Of a stretch of DNA of 64,000 bases, positions 59,888 through 64,000 are shown piece by piece. A model generated the notes under the pieces. The model saw nothing but the letters and a program-made list of their open reading frames with translations, ran no database searches and was not told the origin of the DNA. This DNA is from Nitrospinaceae bacterium (lineage in GTDB: Bacteria; Nitrospinota; Nitrospinia; Nitrospinales; Nitrospinaceae), in NCBI GenBank assembly GCA_965237905.1, contig OZ250172.1, positions 288,001 through 352,000 on the forward strand. Reading direction: 5' to 3'. A program made the translations under genes and the position numbers. Each line of letters opens with the position of its first letter. Within the stretch, counting starts at the first letter, position 1.

Positions 59888-60331
59888 ATGTCTGACGACA
59901 GATTTATCGATAACGGAAACGAAACCATTACTGACTCTTCAACTGGGTTGACCTGGCTGAAGAAAGATACCCGGCAGATGCTGGGAAAATGGCGGAACCT
60001 GGAACAATGCCAGGATTACGCCCAACAGCTGAATAATGAAAATTATGCCGGGTTCAACGACTGGCGGGTGTGCAAACTCGAGGACATCAAAACCATCTAT
60101 GATAAGAATTTTTCTTTGAAAGCCAAAGGCGGGGATATCATCTACATGCCTTCGGTGTTTGAACCGGATTGCGCCGATGTCACTTGGACAGATACGGTCA
60201 ACAAGGACCGGGCCATGATGTTCAATTTGATCAAAGGCCGGTCCAACTGGATCAACAAGCTGGGCGAAGGCCCCTTCGCGGCAAGAATCGTCCGGGGTGA
60301 ACGCATAGGACACGAAAACCCGGCCTCCTGA
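59888..60331 (+). CDS. DUF1566 protein
   Basis: RFIDNGNETITDSSTGLTW ... YAGFNDWR. Confidence 0.85.
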   Translation: MSDDRFIDNGNETITDSSTGLTWLKKDTRQMLGKWRNLEQCQDYAQQLNNENYAGFNDWRVCKLEDIKTIYDKNFSLKAKGGDIIYMPSVFEPDCADVTWTDTVNKDRAMMFNLIKGRSNWINKLGEGPFAARIVRGERIGHENPAS

Positions 60332-60364
60332 CGACCCTGTGGTCTGCTACCCTACCCCGGTCTT

Positions 60365-60730
60365 TCAAGCGGCACTGCGTGACTGAATCACCAGCCAGAT
60401 CGCCAGGAGCACCAGTATTCCTGCAAAGAAGCGCTTGAAGTTCTGTTCCGACATGCTTTGCAAAACCATTGGGCCTATTTGAGCCCCGACAATCCCTCCA
60501 GCGGCAATCATCAGGCCGGTCTTGAGGTCGATGTTCCCCAACTTGTAATGGGCGGCAACCGACGACACAGCGATGAGAAGAACCACCAGAAACGAAGTGC
60601 CGACCGCCATATGCGCTTTCTTCCCCAGATACAGCAGAACAGGAACCACCAGAAATCCGCCGCCCAAACCGGACATAGAGGCCAAAAGACCAACCACCAG
60701 TCCCAACAGGACCAAGAGTATCCATTCCAA
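60365..60730 (-). CDS. Half-size TSUP (TauE/SafE) family membrane protein
   Basis: GLGGGFLVVP, AVGTS, GAQIG. TTG start with GGAGGG SD just after the symporter stop. Confidence 0.8.
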   Translation of the reverse strand: MEWILLVLLGLVVGLLASMSGLGGGFLVVPVLLYLGKKAHMAVGTSFLVVLLIAVSSVAAHYKLGNIDLKTGLMIAAGGIVGAQIGPMVLQSMSEQNFKRFFAGILVLLAIWLVIQSRSAA

Positions 60731-60734
60731 TTGA

Positions 60735-61958
60735 CTACCCTCCTTCCACATATTTTTCTTCAAGTTTATCAACCACCGCCGCGCCTATGGAATCACCCCA
60801 GACATTGACGGTGGTGCGGCACCGGTCCAGAAACCAGTCGATCGACAACAGCATTCCGATGCCTTCCAGCGGCAAACCGACGGACTGCAGAACCATGATC
60901 ATAGTCACCAATCCCGCCTCCGGGATGCCCGCGGCGCCGATAGCGGCCAGGGTCGCGGTAACGAATATAATAATCTGCTGGGTGAAACTCAGCTCAATAC
61001 CGAACATTTGAGCGATGAAGACGGCCGCTATCGCTTCGTACATGGCAGTGCCATCCATGTTCACCGTCGCGCCAATGGGCAGAACAAAAAGGGAAGCCCG
61101 GCGCGAAACCTTATTATTCTCTTCGGCACAATCGATGGTCACCGGCAAGGTGGCGGAACTGCTGGCGGTCGAAAACGCAGTGGTCAAAGCGGCGCTCACT
61201 CCCTTGAAATATTTGAAGGGATTTCGCCGGCCAACGAAAAACAGTATTGCCGGAAGGATGATCAGCGCATGAAACAGCAGGGCCGCAATCACGGTGAAAG
61301 CGTATTTCCCAATCTTCATCAACTCCCCCCAGAAGGCGTCGCCGCCACCCGCCGCTCCCAGTTTGGAAGCGATGAGTGCAAAGATACCCACCGGCGCGTA
61401 ATACAACACCAAATGAACCATTTTCATGATGGCTGCATTCACGCCATCAAAAAAATTGATGACACTTTTCCCTTTTTCACCCAAAGTGGTCAACGCACCG
61501 CCAAACACCAGTGAAAATATAATGATGGGCAAAATTTTCATATCCAGCATGGATTCAATCAGGTTAGGCGAAATGAAACTCATCAGGATGTCGATAATCC
61601 CCTTATCCTTTTTATCGGCCACCTTTTCCGGAATTTCCGTTACCATTTCCACGGAAAGGCCAGGGTCGATGAGGTTCACCATACACAAACCGATGACTAC
61701 GGAAAAAGCGGTCGTCGCCATAAAATAAAACAAGGTGATCATCCCGGTTTTCCCCACCTTGGTGATGTCCCCTAATCCGGAAATTCCCACGATCAGGGAA
61801 GAGACGATGAGGGGAATCACCAGCATCATTAGAGCATTTAGAAAAATATCGCCCATCCAAGCCACCGCCATCATCTGTTTTCCGAACCACCACCCACAAA
61901 TTCCTCCCAGAACGATGCCTACTAAAATAAAATATAAGAGCCCGTTTTTATTTTTCAT
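60735..61958 (-). CDS. Dicarboxylate/amino acid:cation symporter (DAACS)
   Basis: AFSTASSSATLP, LPIGATVNMDGTA, IGAAGIP, DWFLDRCRTTVNVWGD. Confidence 0.94.
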   Translation of the reverse strand: MKNKNGLLYFILVGIVLGGICGWWFGKQMMAVAWMGDIFLNALMMLVIPLIVSSLIVGISGLGDITKVGKTGMITLFYFMATTAFSVVIGLCMVNLIDPGLSVEMVTEIPEKVADKKDKGIIDILMSFISPNLIESMLDMKILPIIIFSLVFGGALTTLGEKGKSVINFFDGVNAAIMKMVHLVLYYAPVGIFALIASKLGAAGGGDAFWGELMKIGKYAFTVIAALLFHALIILPAILFFVGRRNPFKYFKGVSAALTTAFSTASSSATLPVTIDCAEENNKVSRRASLFVLPIGATVNMDGTAMYEAIAAVFIAQMFGIELSFTQQIIIFVTATLAAIGAAGIPEAGLVTMIMVLQSVGLPLEGIGMLLSIDWFLDRCRTTVNVWGDSIGAAVVDKLEEKYVEGG

Positions 61959-62080
61959 ATTGACCGTCAATTATTTAAGTTGATTACTGGAAACCCCTTT
62001 GAGAAACTCTAGAGATGAGCCGTTTGAATTTTTGATTTCCTGTCCAACGAGCTACCGCGAATAACCTAACGGAGGTTGCC

Positions 62081-63370
62081 ATGACCCAGACCGTCGAACT
62101 GATCTACCAGGGCAAATCATACACGTTACCCATCATTGAGGGAAGCTGTGGAGAGCAAGCGGTGGATATTTCCACTTTGCGCAATAAGACAGGTTTGGTT
62201 ACTCACGATCCCGGTTTTGTCTGTACCAGTAGCTGTCAAAGCCAAATCACGTTCTTGGATGGGGAAAAGGGCATCCTCCTGTATCGAGGCATACCGATCG
62301 AACAATTGGCGGAGCACAGTAATTTTATCGAAACGTCCTTCTTGCTGATCTACGGTCATCTTCCCAATCAACAGGAACTGGACTACTTCAAGTATCATGT
62401 AACGCATCATTCCATGATTCACGAATCTCTCAAAAACTTATATGCCGGATTCCCCAACAACCCGCATCCGATGGCCGTCTGCAGTGCCGTCGTGGGTTCC
62501 CTGTCCACTTTTTACCAGGACCAGCTCAACGTCCAAAACGAGCGTGAGATCGAAATCACCATTCACCGTCTTCTGGCGAAACTCCCCACCATCGCCGCTT
62601 ACAGTTACAAAAAATCAATCGGCCAACCTTTTTCATATCCCAAAAACGCCCTGAGTTATACGGAGAATTTCATGCACATGATGTTCTCCAACCCCTGTGA
62701 AGATTATGAAGTGGACCCTTTGGTGGCTAAGGCGCTGGATACCCTTCTCATCCTGCATGCCGACCATGAGCAAAATTGTTCCACCAGCACCGTGCGCCTG
62801 GTCGGCAGTTCCCGATGCAACTTGTACTCCTCGGTATCGGCGGGCATGTATGCTCTTTGGGGACCGCTACACGGAGGCGCCAACCAGGCCGTTATCGAAA
62901 TGCTGCAAACCATTCAAGAGGCTGGCGGTAACGTGAAGCAGTTTGTTGAAAAAGCCAAGGATACTGACGATCCTTTTCGGTTGATGGGATTCGGGCACCG
63001 GGTCTACAAAAATTTTGATCCCCGGTCCAAAATCATTAAAAAACTGGCGCATGAGGTGTTTGACAAGCTGGGACTCAATGAACCCCTTCTGGATATCGCC
63101 TTGCAATTGGAAGAAATCGCCCTCAAGGATGACTATTTCATCTCCAAAAAATTATATCCCAATGTGGATTTTTATTCAGGATTGATTTACAAAGCCCTGC
63201 AAATTCCAGTCAACATGTTTCCGGTGATGTTTGCCATCGGGCGCCTGCCAGGTTGGATTGCACATTGGATAGAGTTGCAAGGGGACAAGGATTTTAAAAT
63301 CGGCCGGCCGCGGCAGATTTATCAGGGACAAGGAAAGACGGATTATATCCCTCTAAAGAAAAGAAAATGA
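62081..63370 (+). CDS. gltA: Citrate synthase
   Basis: LHADHEQNCSTSTVR, GPLHGGAN, RLMGFGHRVYKNFDPR, YPNVDFYSG. Confidence 0.97.
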   Translation: MTQTVELIYQGKSYTLPIIEGSCGEQAVDISTLRNKTGLVTHDPGFVCTSSCQSQITFLDGEKGILLYRGIPIEQLAEHSNFIETSFLLIYGHLPNQQELDYFKYHVTHHSMIHESLKNLYAGFPNNPHPMAVCSAVVGSLSTFYQDQLNVQNEREIEITIHRLLAKLPTIAAYSYKKSIGQPFSYPKNALSYTENFMHMMFSNPCEDYEVDPLVAKALDTLLILHADHEQNCSTSTVRLVGSSRCNLYSSVSAGMYALWGPLHGGANQAVIEMLQTIQEAGGNVKQFVEKAKDTDDPFRLMGFGHRVYKNFDPRSKIIKKLAHEVFDKLGLNEPLLDIALQLEEIALKDDYFISKKLYPNVDFYSGLIYKALQIPVNMFPVMFAIGRLPGWIAHWIELQGDKDFKIGRPRQIYQGQGKTDYIPLKKRK

Positions 63371-63397
63371 TGTGCCGACGCAAATTCTCAGCAAATC

Positions 63398-63742
63398 CTA
63401 CAAAGCTTCGATCGAACACTTAAACGGATAATTTTCAAAAGCGGCCGCCGTATGAACCTGTTGAACCTTGAATTCGGCCCGCTCCAGGGGTAGGGTGTCG
63501 ACATGGGACGCCCCGGTGAGGTGGACTTCCAACATCAGTTTTTCTGCGGTATTATAATCCTTGCCGAAGACTTTGACCAACATACGAATCACAAATTCCG
63601 TGGTCGTCACATTATCGTCCCACATGATAACTTTATATAACGGTAAATAAGCCGTCTTTTTGCGAGTCTCCTCTTCGGTAACCACTCCGGGAGCAGGAGC
63701 CTCGATATCGGGCAAAGTTTCTGGTAAGGTTTCGGTTGTCAT
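63398..63742 (-). CDS. clpS: Clp protease adaptor ClpS
   Basis: YKVIMWDDNVTTTEFV..LMLEVHLTG..AEFK..YPF. Confidence 0.88.
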   Translation of the reverse strand: MTTETLPETLPDIEAPAPGVVTEEETRKKTAYLPLYKVIMWDDNVTTTEFVIRMLVKVFGKDYNTAEKLMLEVHLTGASHVDTLPLERAEFKVQQVHTAAAFENYPFKCSIEAL

Positions 63743-64000
63743 AATTACTAAACTTATAGAAACAAAAGGTTAAGTCCAACAAATTCCAGAAGTTTTTCTC
63801 GTCAAATATTAAATTATTTGGCACCCTTTTTCAATAAATTTCTGTGGATTGAATTATGACCCGACCAAGGGCAAAATATCCTAAATATTTAATTCTATTG
63901 GCTTTAGGGTTATCTCTGCCCCTGTTGAGTGCTTTCTACCCAACTTTAGCTGAAATTTCCGGGTCGCTTAAAACTTCCGCCCTCATCAGCGCCCAGGGAG

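Noticed and set aside
63936..64000. Possible 3' end of a minus-strand gene at the window edge
   Set aside because: Only ~20 codons visible, which cannot be supported.

Overview
Bacterial chromosomal window with about 60 CDS. I recognised no rRNA, tRNA, CRISPR array or transposase. Gene content and protein style suggest a Nitrospinota (Nitrospina-like) or related lineage, which is inference only: deltaproteobacterial-type class I adenylate cyclase, ilvN-ilvC-psd-pssA synteny, many LRR/TPR/FGE-fold/DUF1566 proteins, and a ChdC-like protein. The housekeeping backbone is a MoxR/DUF58/Bat operon, ampG, cyaA, alr, pyrD, rph, nth, ilvN, ilvC, psd, pssA, accD, rocD, hisN-like, gltA and clpS. Main unexplained structures: (1) a ~5.5 kb AT-richer cassette between rph and nth, bounded by a perfect 33-bp inverted repeat with no transposase or target duplication, carrying TetR, two SDRs (one frameshifted), a peroxiredoxin-like protein and two uncharacterised exported proteins; (2) three tandem paralogous His-rich lipoproteins (two with CigR/RcnB-like domains), one containing a 4x108-bp tandem repeat; (3) unusual fusions (PCP_red-ChdC, bactofilin-TM-TPR, J-domain-MORN); (4) small secreted repeat proteins, REP-like palindromes and candidate regulatory leaders. 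All domain calls come from motif recognition by eye, not from database searches.
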